Source: an uncultured Chitinophaga sp. (GTDB lineage: Bacteria; Bacteroidota; Bacteroidia; Chitinophagales; Chitinophagaceae). Taken from it: DNA of 64,000 nucleotides. Position 1 is the first letter of the stretch. The number at the start of each line of letters is the position of its first letter. The notes below the pieces were generated by a model, which worked only from the letters and a program-made list of their open reading frames with translations, was not told where the DNA came from and made no database searches. This document shows, piece after piece, positions 1 to 9,857 of this stretch. The stretch spans positions 2,807-66,806 of the forward strand of contig CAZOOT010000001.1 in assembly GCA_964581455.1 (NCBI GenBank), read 5' to 3'. A program made the translations under genes and the position numbers.

Positions 1-1
1 A

Positions 2-382
2 GTGCTTACAGAAAACATCATTCCTCAATATGAATTATATAATTATGGCCGATGGGCCATTCATTTAAAACCCGGTCTTGAATTTATTGGCTGGTGCGGA
101 TTGAAATACAGGAAAGTGTCAGATGAAATCGATTTGGGCTATCGCCTAAAAAAAGAATTCTGGGGGCAGGGATTTGCTACCGAAGCAGCTCTGGCATCAA
201 TTAAACACGGGTTTGAGAATTTGAAAATCAATAGAATAGTGGGAAATGCAGAGCCTGGAAATATTGCCTCCTGTAATGTATTGGAGAAATGCGGGATGAT
301 ATATATTGGAGATGGCCGGGTTGATGGATATCCCGTTAAAACCTATGAAATCTCAAATCCAAAACCTAATCAGGAATCCTAA
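2..382 (+). CDS. GNAT family N-acetyltransferase (RimJ/RimL-like), 5' end cut by the window edge
   Basis: The ORF is open at the window start. The segments GWCGLKY..DLGYRLKKEFWGQGFATEAALASIKHGF and NIASCNVLEKCGM resemble the GNAT acetyl-CoA binding core. Confidence 0.75.
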   Translation: MLTENIIPQYELYNYGRWAIHLKPGLEFIGWCGLKYRKVSDEIDLGYRLKKEFWGQGFATEAALASIKHGFENLKINRIVGNAEPGNIASCNVLEKCGMIYIGDGRVDGYPVKTYEISNPKPNQES

Positions 383-429
383 GGATTTATTTAACATTTC
401 CGAAGTATTTCGTATTTAAAAAAAGTATT

Positions 430-437
430 TATATTTG
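430..437 (+). promoter_or_regulatory. Bacteroidota sigma-A -7 box (TAtaTTTG) upstream of the PDZ gene
   Basis: Perfect TAnnTTTG match 39 nt upstream of the ATG at 476. Confidence 0.4.
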
Positions 438-475
438 ATCTACGAAAAAAAACGTAGAAATTTAAAAATAAAATC

Positions 476-1522
476 ATGAAACGACTTTTAGTAAAATTTG
501 CAGTTATAGCTTTTGTAGCCTCTCTGTCTCTTCCTTCATTTGCACAGGAATCAAAAGAAAAGGAAAAAGATAAAGAAAAGAAGGATATTGAACAGATCAT
601 CATCACCAAGAAAGGAGATGATAAAGAAAAAGTAGTGATCGAAATTCAGGGTGATAAAATAACTGTGAATGGAACATCAGTTGATGACCTCAAGGACGAT
701 GATATAAAAGTGTTGCGTAATAAATTTAAAAGCTTTGAGGGATTACGGGGATATACTGATGGAATGAGGGCATTTACTTTTCCCCGCGAACATGGATCTA
801 ATTTCAATTTTAATTTCGATGATAATAATGGGTTTAGTTATTTTGGTTCTACAGATGAAAACAGAGCCATGCTGGGTGTAGTAACTGAAAAAACTGATAA
901 GGGGGCGAAAGTAAATGAGGTAACTGAAAAAAGCGCAGCAGAAAAAGCAGGAATAAAAAAGGGAGATATCATCACAAAAGTTGGAGATAGTAAAATTGAA
1001 AACCCGGATGATCTTTCTGAAGCTGTTCGTAAAAACAAACCCGGAGATAAAGTAAGTATTACTTTATTGAGAGATAATAAAGAGCAAAAACTAAATGCAG
1101 AGCTTGGCAAATGGAGTGGATTTGGTTCATTGGCTTTATCACCAAGAATGCCGAGTATGGATATTTTACGGGAAACAATGCCTCGCATACAATCTTCACC
1201 AAGAGCTGTTCCCTTCGGACAAACATATTCATGGTCCGGTAATTCTCCCAAGCTCGGACTTTCAGTACAAGATACAGATGAAGGAAAAGGAGTAAAAGTG
1301 ATTGAAGTGGATAAAGAAGGAAATGCTGCAAAAGCCGGGGTAAAAATGAATGATATCATTACTCATTTTAATGATAAGGAAGTAAATGGAGCAGATGAAG
1401 TAGCCAGGTTAGTAAGAGAAAGCAAGGATAAAAGTTCCATTCAGCTGAAAATAAAAAGAGACGGAAAGTTGCAGAACATAGAAGTGAAAATGCCAAAAAA
1501 ATTAAAGACAGCTGATTTGTAA
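476..1522 (+). CDS. Secreted protein with two PDZ domains and no protease domain
   Basis: Signal peptide MKRLLVKFAVIAFVASLSLPSFAQ. Two PDZ-like units are present: GVVTEKTDKGAKVNEVTEKSAAEKAGIKKGDIITKVGD.. and LGLSVQDTDEGKGVKVIEVDKEGNAAKAGVKMNDIITHFND.. No Ser-protease triad is visible. Confidence 0.7.
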   Translation: MKRLLVKFAVIAFVASLSLPSFAQESKEKEKDKEKKDIEQIIITKKGDDKEKVVIEIQGDKITVNGTSVDDLKDDDIKVLRNKFKSFEGLRGYTDGMRAFTFPREHGSNFNFNFDDNNGFSYFGSTDENRAMLGVVTEKTDKGAKVNEVTEKSAAEKAGIKKGDIITKVGDSKIENPDDLSEAVRKNKPGDKVSITLLRDNKEQKLNAELGKWSGFGSLALSPRMPSMDILRETMPRIQSSPRAVPFGQTYSWSGNSPKLGLSVQDTDEGKGVKVIEVDKEGNAAKAGVKMNDIITHFNDKEVNGADEVARLVRESKDKSSIQLKIKRDGKLQNIEVKMPKKLKTADL

Positions 1523-1541
1523 TAAAAAGTCATTATAAATT

Positions 1542-1570
1542 AAAAGCTACCTCAAAAGGGTAGCTTTTTT
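1542..1570 (+). terminator. Intrinsic terminator after the PDZ gene
   Basis: 10-bp stem AAAAGCTACC/GGTAGCTTTT with a 7-nt loop, running into a T tract. Confidence 0.6.
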
Positions 1571-1608
1571 GTTTGTGTTAAAACAAAAACTACAAAGCAG
1601 TAATTAAC

Positions 1609-1616
1609 TATTTTTG
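1609..1616 (+). promoter_or_regulatory. -7 box (TAttTTTG) upstream of gatB
   Basis: Perfect TAnnTTTG match 12 nt upstream of the ATG at 1628. Confidence 0.45.
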
Positions 1617-1627
1617 TCCTCTTTTTT

Positions 1628-3100
1628 ATGGAAATGTCAGAAAAATATGAAGTAGTGGTTGGCCTTGAAGTGCATGCCCAATTATTGACAAAAAGTAAAC
1701 TCTTTTGCGGAGACAGCATCGCATTTGGAAATAAACCCAATACGAATATCAGTCCTATTACGTTGGCACATCCGGGTACTTTGCCGAAAATGAATAAAAA
1801 AGCCATTGAGTTTGCTATAAAACTTGGTCTTGCCTGTAACTGTGAAATTGAAAAGCTGAATTATTTTGCAAGAAAAAATTATTTCTACCCTGATCTGCCG
1901 AAGGGATATCAGGTATCACAACACACAACTCCAATTTGCAAAGGAGGTTTTGTAAAAATTAAGACAGGCAATACAGTAAAAAATATCCAATTAAACCGCA
2001 TTCATTTGGAAGAGGATGCCGGAAAAAGCATTCATGATGTATACCCGGATCATTCAGTTTTAGATTATAATCGTGCCGGTACCGGCCTGGTAGAGATAGT
2101 TACTGAACCTGTACTCTCAAGCAGTGAAGAAGCTTATGCCTATCTTTCTGAATTAAGAAAGCTTGTTCGTTATTTAGGCGTTTGTGATGGAAATATGGAA
2201 GAAGGAAGTTTCCGCTGTGATGCTAATATTTCTGTAAGAAAAAAAAACATCCTGAACATTTCAAACGGGCAGGGAGAAACAAAACTGGGCACAAAAGTAG
2301 AAGTGAAAAATCTGAATTCAATCCGGAATGTAAAACGTGCAATAGAACATGAAAGTGAAAGAATGATCGGGTTGCTGGAGAAAGGGCAAAGTGTCACGCA
2401 GCAGACAAGAGGATTTGACGTGAATAGCGGAACTACATTTGAGATACGTGAAAAAGAAGATGCAGATGATTACCGCTATTTTCCCGAACCGGACCTGACT
2501 CCATTTAATATTACTGAAGAATTTATAGAATCTATCAGAAAAACAATACCTGATTTACAGGAAAAAAGAGTTGCTGATTATATGAATCAGTACCAGCTTT
2601 CAGAATATGATGGAATGGCGCTGACAGAGGATAAAGCATTTTCCGATTTTTTTGAACAACTAATTCCCCTGACAAAAAATTACAAAGCAGCAGCCAACTG
2701 GATGCTGGGGCCGGTAAAATCATGGTTAAATGAATTAAATAAAGAAATTGAAGAGTTTCCTGTACCGGCTTCTTCATTGGTAAAACTCATCAATCTGGTA
2801 GAGGAAAACAAATTGAGTTTTTCTTCAGCCTCCTCAAATGTATTTCCTTTACTGGTAAAGGAGCCTGCAGCAGATGCCCTGCAACTTGCAACCAGACTAA
2901 ACCTGATTCAGGTAAGTAACCTGGATTACATAACGCCAATAGTTGATGAAGTACTTTTGCATTTCACAGAGAAAGTAAAGGAATTCAAAAACGGGAAAAA
3001 AGGATTGCTGGCTTTGTTTGTCGGAGAAGTAATTAAGCGATCAAAAGGAAAAGCAGATCCGAAAAAAGTAAATGAAATTATTCTTGAAAAATTGAAATAA
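1628..3100 (+). CDS. gatB: Asp-tRNA(Asn)/Glu-tRNA(Gln) amidotransferase subunit B
   Basis: The N-terminus YEVVVGLEVHAQL, then NYFARKNYFYPDLPKGYQVSQ, LEEDAGKS and the C-terminal GatB/YqeY-like tail are all typical of GatB. Confidence 0.95.
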   Translation: MEMSEKYEVVVGLEVHAQLLTKSKLFCGDSIAFGNKPNTNISPITLAHPGTLPKMNKKAIEFAIKLGLACNCEIEKLNYFARKNYFYPDLPKGYQVSQHTTPICKGGFVKIKTGNTVKNIQLNRIHLEEDAGKSIHDVYPDHSVLDYNRAGTGLVEIVTEPVLSSSEEAYAYLSELRKLVRYLGVCDGNMEEGSFRCDANISVRKKNILNISNGQGETKLGTKVEVKNLNSIRNVKRAIEHESERMIGLLEKGQSVTQQTRGFDVNSGTTFEIREKEDADDYRYFPEPDLTPFNITEEFIESIRKTIPDLQEKRVADYMNQYQLSEYDGMALTEDKAFSDFFEQLIPLTKNYKAAANWMLGPVKSWLNELNKEIEEFPVPASSLVKLINLVEENKLSFSSASSNVFPLLVKEPAADALQLATRLNLIQVSNLDYITPIVDEVLLHFTEKVKEFKNGKKGLLALFVGEVIKRSKGKADPKKVNEIILEKLK

Positions 3101-3116
3101 TAAATCAACCGTGCTC

Positions 3117-4268
3117 ATGTTAAAAAAAATATTTAGTGCTTTATTTATACTGATGATCATTTCCTGTAACCAGGAGAAAGAAACTACGCTTATAGTTTCC
3201 GGTTCAGTAAAAAACAAACCGGCAAGAATGATCTACCTGGAAGAGTCGCAGGTTTCCACATTGGATAAAATTTCAAAAGATTCCACAGTTATTGACGCCG
3301 ATGGAAAATTTTCATTTAAAAAGAAAGTAAAACAGGAGGGAATATATAACCTTCGTCTTGATCATGATGAATACCCGTTTGTGTCCATCATCAATGATGC
3401 ACCAAAAATTGTTGTGAATGCAGATTTTCAAAATGAGAATGAATTTTATACTGTTTCCGGCTCCGATGCTTCACAGAAATTAAAGGATTTTCTTACTATC
3501 TCTGGAGAAAGGCTAAGAAAATTATTCTATATAAATAAGGAACTGGATAGTTTAAAAAGTATTCAGGGAGATATCAACTCCATTTCAAATATTGAGGAAA
3601 AACGAAACACTGCTGTTGCTGATTTGAAAAACTATACCCAAAAATTAGTTCAGGAATCTAAAAGCCCGACACTGGCTCTGTTTATCTTAAGTACCTACCA
3701 GGGTTTAGCCATTAATCCAAATTTCAGGATAGAACAATTTTCAGTTGACAACCTGATCGGATTGCTTAATGAATTGGTTGCAAAATTTCCTGAAAGAAAA
3801 GAGATTGCCAGTATCAGGAATTCATTTGAGACACAAGTGGTGAAAACAGGATGGGTGGGTAAGCCGGCGCCTGAAATTACTTTGCCTGATACGGAAGGCA
3901 GAAATATTTCATTGAGCTCTTACAAAGGCAAATATGTGCTGGTGGATTTCTGGGCCAGCTGGTGTGGCCCATGCCGCCATGAGAACCCTAATGTAGTTGA
4001 AGCGTATAATAAATACAGGAATAAAAACTTTACCATATTGGGAGTGTCCCTTGATATGAAAAAAGAAGCCTGGAAAAAAGCCATCGTGGATGATAATTTA
4101 AATTGGGCACATATCAGTGACCTGCAACAATGGAATAGCAAGGTAGTACCGCTTTATAATATCAGCGGAATTCCATTTAATGTATTGGTTGATCCCAATG
4201 GAATAGTAGTAGCTGAAAATCTACGAGGCAGTGGCCTTCAGCAAAAACTAGCTGAAATTTTAAAATAA
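3117..4268 (+). CDS. TlpA/AhpC-like thioredoxin-fold thiol:disulfide oxidoreductase lipoprotein
   Basis: Lipobox LMIISC and the thioredoxin motif FWASWCGPCRHENP. The long N-terminal domain is as in Bacteroidota TlpA-like proteins. I prefer the ATG at 3117 to the GTG at 3111. Confidence 0.85.
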   Translation: MLKKIFSALFILMIISCNQEKETTLIVSGSVKNKPARMIYLEESQVSTLDKISKDSTVIDADGKFSFKKKVKQEGIYNLRLDHDEYPFVSIINDAPKIVVNADFQNENEFYTVSGSDASQKLKDFLTISGERLRKLFYINKELDSLKSIQGDINSISNIEEKRNTAVADLKNYTQKLVQESKSPTLALFILSTYQGLAINPNFRIEQFSVDNLIGLLNELVAKFPERKEIASIRNSFETQVVKTGWVGKPAPEITLPDTEGRNISLSSYKGKYVLVDFWASWCGPCRHENPNVVEAYNKYRNKNFTILGVSLDMKKEAWKKAIVDDNLNWAHISDLQQWNSKVVPLYNISGIPFNVLVDPNGIVVAENLRGSGLQQKLAEILK

Positions 4269-4271
4269 ATT

Positions 4272-6599
4272 TTATTTTTTCACTTTACTGAATGTAATAA
4301 GTAATGCCGGGAGCAATATCAGGTTGGTGACGGTAGCTGTTACCAAAGTCAGCGATGTAAGCCAACCCAACGATTGAGTGCCGCCAAATCCACTGAAACA
4401 GAAAATAACAAATCCTGCAATCAAGACAAGTGAAGTATAGATAATACTGATTCCGGTACTATGAATAGTTTTAATTACAGTCTGTTTAATGTCAAAATTA
4501 TTCCTGGGTAATTCTTGTTTGTAGGTGACAAGGAACCGGATAGTGATATCAATAGCAATTCCTAGTGCCACACTGAAAATTAAAACTGTGGATGGTTTTA
4601 TTCTTACACCGATCCATCCCATAATACCCGCTGTGATCAATAGCGGAATGACATTGGGGATCAAAGAACATAAAAGGATACGCCATGACCGGAATAAATA
4701 AAGCATACACAAAGAGATCAATCCAAATGCCCAAAGAATACTTTCTTTTAATCCATTTATGATAAAGCTGCTTCCTTCCACAAAAGTGACACTGGCTCCT
4801 GTGAGTTGAACATCGTATTTATCTTTTTCAAATAAAACATCCACTCTTTTTTGAATACTGTCCAGAATTGCAGGGAGCCTGTAACTTCCCACATCTCTCA
4901 TGCTTACACTGATCCTTGCTTCCTGTTTTTCATCATCTGTAAATGAAGAGACGATCCTTGAAAAAGAATTATTGCTTTTAGAACTGTCACCTTTAAACTC
5001 CAGGTAGGGCTTCAAAGGGATCATGTCAAATTCTGAGGGGATCGAATAACTCATTGAATCACCTTCAAAGAAAGCTTGTTTTGCAAATTTTAATCCTTCA
5101 ACGATATTAAGTGGTTTGCCAATATCGGGCAAGGAGGCCAGGAATTGTGATAAAGAGTCAATTTTGATCAGGTTATTCAGGTTACGGCTTACACCTCTTT
5201 TCTTTTTAGTATCAACCACAATTTCCAGTGGCATTACACCATTAAAATTTTTTTCAAAAAATTTCAGGTCAGTATAGATTTTATCCGTTTTGGGAAGATC
5301 ATCCACGATAAAACCTTCACTTCTTAACCTGAACATTCCTGAAATGGCAACAATTGCAATGACAATAGATGCACTATAAATAAGTTTCCGGTGATTCAAA
5401 GACCAGCGTTCCAGCCTCGCTAGCCAACGATTCAACCTGGGATTCACCAGGTACCTGGTATGCCTGTTTTTGGGTTTGGGTAAAAAACTGAGAACAACAG
5501 GAATGATGATCAATGAAATTATAAACAGAAACAAAATATTTATGCCTGCCACTGCTCCAAATTCTTTCAGAACCTGGCTCTGGGTTAACGCAAATACAGC
5601 AAAGCCAATACCGGCAGTGATATTACAGAAAAGAGTGATGATACCCATTCTGTCCACCATATTGATCAGCGATTCTTTTACATTACCCGATTCACTATAG
5701 GCTACATGAAATTTATTAAGAAAATATATACAGTTTGGAATACCGATGACAACGATCAGTGGCGGAATGAGTGCGGTAAGTAAAGTAATCTTGTATCCCA
5801 TCAGCACCATCGTGCCCAGGCTCCAGATCACTCCGATGATGACGACGGATAAAGAAAGCAACATGGTACTTACTGACCGGAAAAACAGTAAAAGGATAGT
5901 AGCTGAAAGAAGCAATGATGCTATTAAGAACCATTGCATTTCATCAGCAATTCTTTTTGCCAATACAGTTCTGATTAGCGGCAAACCACTGAGATGTATC
6001 TCCAGGTTATGTTTTGCACCGAAAGCATTGGCAAGATCAGCGATGTCGCTTACTACTTTTTCCCTCGCCTTGGTAGCAAGTACTTCTTTGTTGATCCGGA
6101 TTCCCATGGCCCATGCATTGGTCTCAGGGTTGTATAAAAGATTACGGTAAAAAGGGAGATTGAAAAAAGTGTTTTTACAGCTGTCTATTTCTGCCTGGTC
6201 AAGTATAGTGTCCCTGAATATTAAACGTGAATTCAGGTTTTCAGAATCAGGATCTCTTAACAGATTCATTGCAGTAGGCAGGGCTACTACATCTTCCACC
6301 TTCGCTTTATTTTTTAATTGATGTGAAAGTGTCTTGTAATCATTAAAAAAATCTTTTTCAAATATTTTATTAGTTTGAATGCCGATAACCATCAGGTTTC
6401 CGTCTTCTCCAAACTTTTTTCTGAATTCCTGGTAAGCTTTGAACTTGGGATGATCTGTAGGTATGGCATTTGCAAATTCATAACTCAATTGCAGCTTTTT
6501 AGCTTCAAATGCCATAAAAGCTGTTAGTCCAAGAAGAGTTATTAATAGGATAACCCGGTATTTGAGAATGAATTCAGCAAGGCGCTTCCACATATGCAT
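4272..6599 (-). CDS. RND-superfamily / MMPL-type exporter (COG1033-like)
   Basis: About 775 aa with two six-helix hydrophobic blocks separated by large soluble loops, the typical 12-TM RND/MMPL topology. I chose the ATG at 6599 over the TTG at 6623. Confidence 0.8.
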   Translation of the reverse strand: MHMWKRLAEFILKYRVILLITLLGLTAFMAFEAKKLQLSYEFANAIPTDHPKFKAYQEFRKKFGEDGNLMVIGIQTNKIFEKDFFNDYKTLSHQLKNKAKVEDVVALPTAMNLLRDPDSENLNSRLIFRDTILDQAEIDSCKNTFFNLPFYRNLLYNPETNAWAMGIRINKEVLATKAREKVVSDIADLANAFGAKHNLEIHLSGLPLIRTVLAKRIADEMQWFLIASLLLSATILLLFFRSVSTMLLSLSVVIIGVIWSLGTMVLMGYKITLLTALIPPLIVVIGIPNCIYFLNKFHVAYSESGNVKESLINMVDRMGIITLFCNITAGIGFAVFALTQSQVLKEFGAVAGINILFLFIISLIIIPVVLSFLPKPKNRHTRYLVNPRLNRWLARLERWSLNHRKLIYSASIVIAIVAISGMFRLRSEGFIVDDLPKTDKIYTDLKFFEKNFNGVMPLEIVVDTKKKRGVSRNLNNLIKIDSLSQFLASLPDIGKPLNIVEGLKFAKQAFFEGDSMSYSIPSEFDMIPLKPYLEFKGDSSKSNNSFSRIVSSFTDDEKQEARISVSMRDVGSYRLPAILDSIQKRVDVLFEKDKYDVQLTGASVTFVEGSSFIINGLKESILWAFGLISLCMLYLFRSWRILLCSLIPNVIPLLITAGIMGWIGVRIKPSTVLIFSVALGIAIDITIRFLVTYKQELPRNNFDIKQTVIKTIHSTGISIIYTSLVLIAGFVIFCFSGFGGTQSLGWLTSLTLVTATVTNLILLPALLITFSKVKK

Positions 6600-6698
6600 T
6601 TCTTTTATCTTGAGAATTGGCAAAGAAACAGAAAAATGACTGAAACTGGCTTTTCATCTGAAATCTGTGATTTTGATTAAGATTGATATTTTTGAAAA

Positions 6699-9014
6699 GT
6701 GAGTCATTGCAAAAACATATTCAGTTTTCTTACTTTTTTTATCTTTCTGACAAAAGGGATCTCTCAGCAACCCATCCCGCCGATTGGCCAATGGAGAGAA
6801 CATTTGCCATATAAATCAGCCATAGATGTTACAACGGGCAACGGGAAAATATTCTGTGCTACACCCCATAGTTTTTTTAGTATTGACCTGGCTGAAAATT
6901 CTGCAGAGAGAATGAGCAGAATTACTGGGCTGACGGAAACAGGAGTAAGTGGCATCTGTTATAATGAGAATAATCAGAAACTGCTGGTTGCTTACCAGTC
7001 AAGTAATATTGATATTATATACCGCAATGATATTTTCAATGTGCCTGATTTGAAAAGAAAAAACATTGCTGGTGATAAATCGGTCTATAATATTTATCCT
7101 CTGGGTAAAAATTTTTATCTCTCTACCGGACTGGGAGTAATAGTAGTTGATGCAGACAAATATGAAGTAAAAAACAGCTGGTTTATTGGAAACAATGGGG
7201 GGCAGGTAAGAGTAAATGGTTTTGTGGCTGATAATTTGTTTTACTATGCCGCTACTGAAGAAGGATTAAAAAAAATTTCTGTCTCAAATTCAGATCCGGC
7301 GAACTTTTTGAATTGGCAAAATCTTAGCAGCTTCAATGGATTGCCCCCCGGAGTATGTAAGGATGTTTTAATTGCACAAAACAAAATCATTGTACTTATA
7401 AACGATTCATTATTTGTGCAGAATGGAAACAACTGGAATTTGTTTTTTTCTGAGAACGGCTGGCAGATCAGGAATATAAATTCTTCTTCAGGAAAAATTA
7501 TTATTTCACAATTGAAAAATGATGGAACGGCAAAAGTAACCTCATTGAATGTTGATGGTTCAGTTGCAAGAGTATTGCAACAGCCGGGTCAAATACAGAT
7601 ACCATTCAAATCAATTTTGCTAAATAATGATTATTGGGTGGCTGATAGTTCCCGCGGGTTGACAAAATTCACTACTACTGGTTTTCAAAACTATCAACTT
7701 AATTCACCTCAATCTGTTGCCAATGGAGATTTGATTTTGAAAAATGAAATATTGTATGCAACAGCCGGGGAAGTAAGTGTAAACTGGCAAAAGAAAAATA
7801 ATAAAAACGGACTGTATAGATTTTCAAACGGACAATGGACGAATTACAATAAAAATCAATTTCCCCAGTTAGACTCTTTACCTGATCTGATCAGCCTTGC
7901 TATTGATCCCGCAGATGAATCCATCTGGGCAGGATCATTTGGTGGCGGCCTGTTACATATAAAAACAGGAAACAATATTGAGATCTTCAAACAAAATTCC
8001 CCTTTGGGACAAGCTGTTTCAGATCCGGGCAGTTACCGTGTGTCCGGACTTGTATTTGATCAAAACAGGAATTTATGGATCGCTAATTTTGGAGCAGCTC
8101 AAAATCTTGTTGTAAGAAAAGCAGATGGAAACTGGAAAACATTTACTCCTCCCTTTTCTTTAATTGAAAATGCATTGTCTCAAATTATAGTTGATGATGA
8201 GAACCAGAAATGGATCGTATCGCCTGGCGGAAATGGATTGCTTTGTTTTAATGATGGAAATACCATTGATAACAGTAGTGATGATAAATGGAAATTATAC
8301 CGCATGGGAACAGGAAATGGTAATTTACCTTCCAATAATGTTTTTAGTTTAACTAAAGATAAAAATGGTTTTGTGTGGGTGGGAACTAATGATGGTATCG
8401 GAATAATACAATGTCCTCAAAATGTTTTTACAAACCAGGGATGTGATGCGGTGTTACCTGTTGTGCAGCAAAGCGGATTCAATCAATTTCTTTTTAAAGG
8501 AGAAGAAGTGAGAAGTATCGCGGTGGATGCAGCAGATAGAAAATGGGTGGCAACAAAGAATGGCGCATGGCTGATCAGTGCAGAAGGGGAAAAGGTGCTC
8601 TTCAGGTTTACTGAAGAAAATAGTCCATTACTCAGTAATGATGTGAAACAAATTGCTATTGATGGAAAAACAGGAGAAGTATATTTTGCAACAGCAAACG
8701 GAATATGTTCTTTCCGAAGCACGGCAACAGATGGAGCTGAAAAAAATGAAAATGTGTTGGTATTTCCCAACCCGGTGCCACCGGGTTATGCCGGTACGAT
8801 CGCCATTCGGGGATTGGTGAATAATGCTATTGTAAAAATTACTGAAATAAATGGAAGATTGGTTTTTCAGACAAGGGCATTGGGCGGGCAAGCAGTGTGG
8901 GATGGAAAAGATTATAGAGGACGGAGAATTTCAAGTGGCGTTTATTTGGTTTTAGTTAGCGATGATAACAGGAAAGAGAACCTGGCAACGAAAATTGTCT
9001 TTATACAGAAATAA
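6699..9014 (+). CDS. Beta-propeller (two-component-regulator-propeller type) protein with a T9SS type A C-terminal sorting domain; PorZ-like
   Basis: Signal peptide. Repeated W/G-rich propeller blades (WIANFG, WVGTNDGIGI, WVATKNGAW). The C-terminus VLVFPNPVPPG...ITEINGRLVF...SSGVYLVLV...KIVFIQK matches the T9SS CTD pattern. The size (771 aa) is similar to PorZ. Confidence 0.6.
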   Translation: MSHCKNIFSFLTFFIFLTKGISQQPIPPIGQWREHLPYKSAIDVTTGNGKIFCATPHSFFSIDLAENSAERMSRITGLTETGVSGICYNENNQKLLVAYQSSNIDIIYRNDIFNVPDLKRKNIAGDKSVYNIYPLGKNFYLSTGLGVIVVDADKYEVKNSWFIGNNGGQVRVNGFVADNLFYYAATEEGLKKISVSNSDPANFLNWQNLSSFNGLPPGVCKDVLIAQNKIIVLINDSLFVQNGNNWNLFFSENGWQIRNINSSSGKIIISQLKNDGTAKVTSLNVDGSVARVLQQPGQIQIPFKSILLNNDYWVADSSRGLTKFTTTGFQNYQLNSPQSVANGDLILKNEILYATAGEVSVNWQKKNNKNGLYRFSNGQWTNYNKNQFPQLDSLPDLISLAIDPADESIWAGSFGGGLLHIKTGNNIEIFKQNSPLGQAVSDPGSYRVSGLVFDQNRNLWIANFGAAQNLVVRKADGNWKTFTPPFSLIENALSQIIVDDENQKWIVSPGGNGLLCFNDGNTIDNSSDDKWKLYRMGTGNGNLPSNNVFSLTKDKNGFVWVGTNDGIGIIQCPQNVFTNQGCDAVLPVVQQSGFNQFLFKGEEVRSIAVDAADRKWVATKNGAWLISAEGEKVLFRFTEENSPLLSNDVKQIAIDGKTGEVYFATANGICSFRSTATDGAEKNENVLVFPNPVPPGYAGTIAIRGLVNNAIVKITEINGRLVFQTRALGGQAVWDGKDYRGRRISSGVYLVLVSDDNRKENLATKIVFIQK

Positions 9015-9021
9015 ATTTTGC

Positions 9022-9091
9022 TACTAAGACACAAAGGCTCTAAGTAACTGTGAAAAAAAATCTTTTTCTCTTAGTGGCTTTGTGGCAAAAA
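9022..9091. repeat. Structured intergenic repeat module (AAGACACAAAG ... TTAGTGGCTTTGTGGCAAAAA)
   Basis: The same module (AAGACACAAAA ... TTCGTGACTTTGTGACTTGGTGGCAAAAAAA) recurs at 32336-32401. Confidence 0.5.
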
Positions 9092-9095
9092 TTCT

Positions 9096-9857
9096 ATGAG
9101 CGACAAATTGCATAAAACAAAAGGCATTGTTCTTCGAACAGTAAAATATGGTGAAACCAGTGTGATCGTTTTGATCTTCACTGAAAAATTTGGCGTACAG
9201 TCTTATCTGGTAAATGGAGTAAGAACATCCACAAAAAAAGGAAGCGGAAAAGCCAATCACTTTCAGCCAGCAGCTATTTTGGACCTGGTGGTTTATCATA
9301 GCGAATCAAAAAACATCCAGCGGGTAAAAGAATTTAAATGGAGCCATCTGTATAAAAACATTTTATCAGATGTGCCCAAAAATGCTGTAGCATTATTTAT
9401 GGTGGAGTTGATGACCAAATGCCTGAAACAACCAGAGGGAAATGCTGATCTTTTTCATTTTTGTGAGGATGCTTTTATTCACCTGGATGAATGCAACAAG
9501 TCAGTGACGGCAAATTTTCCTTTATTTTTTGCTTTGCAATTGACTAATTTTTTTGGATTCAGACCCACTAATTCATTGGAAGGAGAATATGGAGAATCAG
9601 AAAACCTGGTACTTGATTTAATGGAAGGACGATTTACTGATTTAATACCCGGTCACCCTCATTTTATTGAAGGTAAACTTGCTGATACAACTAATGAATT
9701 GCTTAAAGTGATGCAGCCGGAAGAACTGGAAGACATCAAACTCAATCATGAATTCCGCCGCCAGTTATTATACGCTTATGAAATGTATTACAGACTACAT
9801 ATTCAGGATTTTGGAACAATGAAGACCTTGTCTGTACTAAGAGAAATTTTAGGTTAA
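9096..9857 (+). CDS. recO: DNA repair protein RecO
   Basis: N-terminal OB-fold signature [27 protein letters not shown], about 250 aa long, with typical RecO layout. Confidence 0.9.
   Translation: MSDKLHKTKGIVLRTVKYGETSVIVLIFTEKFGVQSYLVNGVRTSTKKGSGKANHFQPAAILDLVVYHSESKNIQRVKEFKWSHLYKNILSDVPKNAVALFMVELMTKCLKQPEGNADLFHFCEDAFIHLDECNKSVTANFPLFFALQLTNFFGFRPTNSLEGEYGESENLVLDLMEGRFTDLIPGHPHFIEGKLADTTNELLKVMQPEELEDIKLNHEFRRQLLYAYEMYYRLHIQDFGTMKTLSVLREILG

Noticed and set aside
838-1359. 173-aa antisense ORF, plus 1059..1331 and 1095..1295, inside the PDZ gene.
   Set aside because: These ORFs lie fully inside a well-supported gene. Their translation is low-complexity Ser/Phe/Leu-rich, with no start context or motif. 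They are typical shadow ORFs.
5746-6150. 134-aa plus-strand ORF, with other short ORFs, inside the RND/MMPL exporter gene.
   Set aside because: It is antisense to a continuous 775-aa membrane-protein frame with clear topology and has no independent signals.
9849-9857. Convergent overlap of the recO and amidohydrolase 3' ends (9 nt), and likewise of DUF1501 and the adhesin at 29556-29559.
   Set aside because: Short convergent overlaps of stop regions are common in compact genomes and are not evidence of anything unusual.
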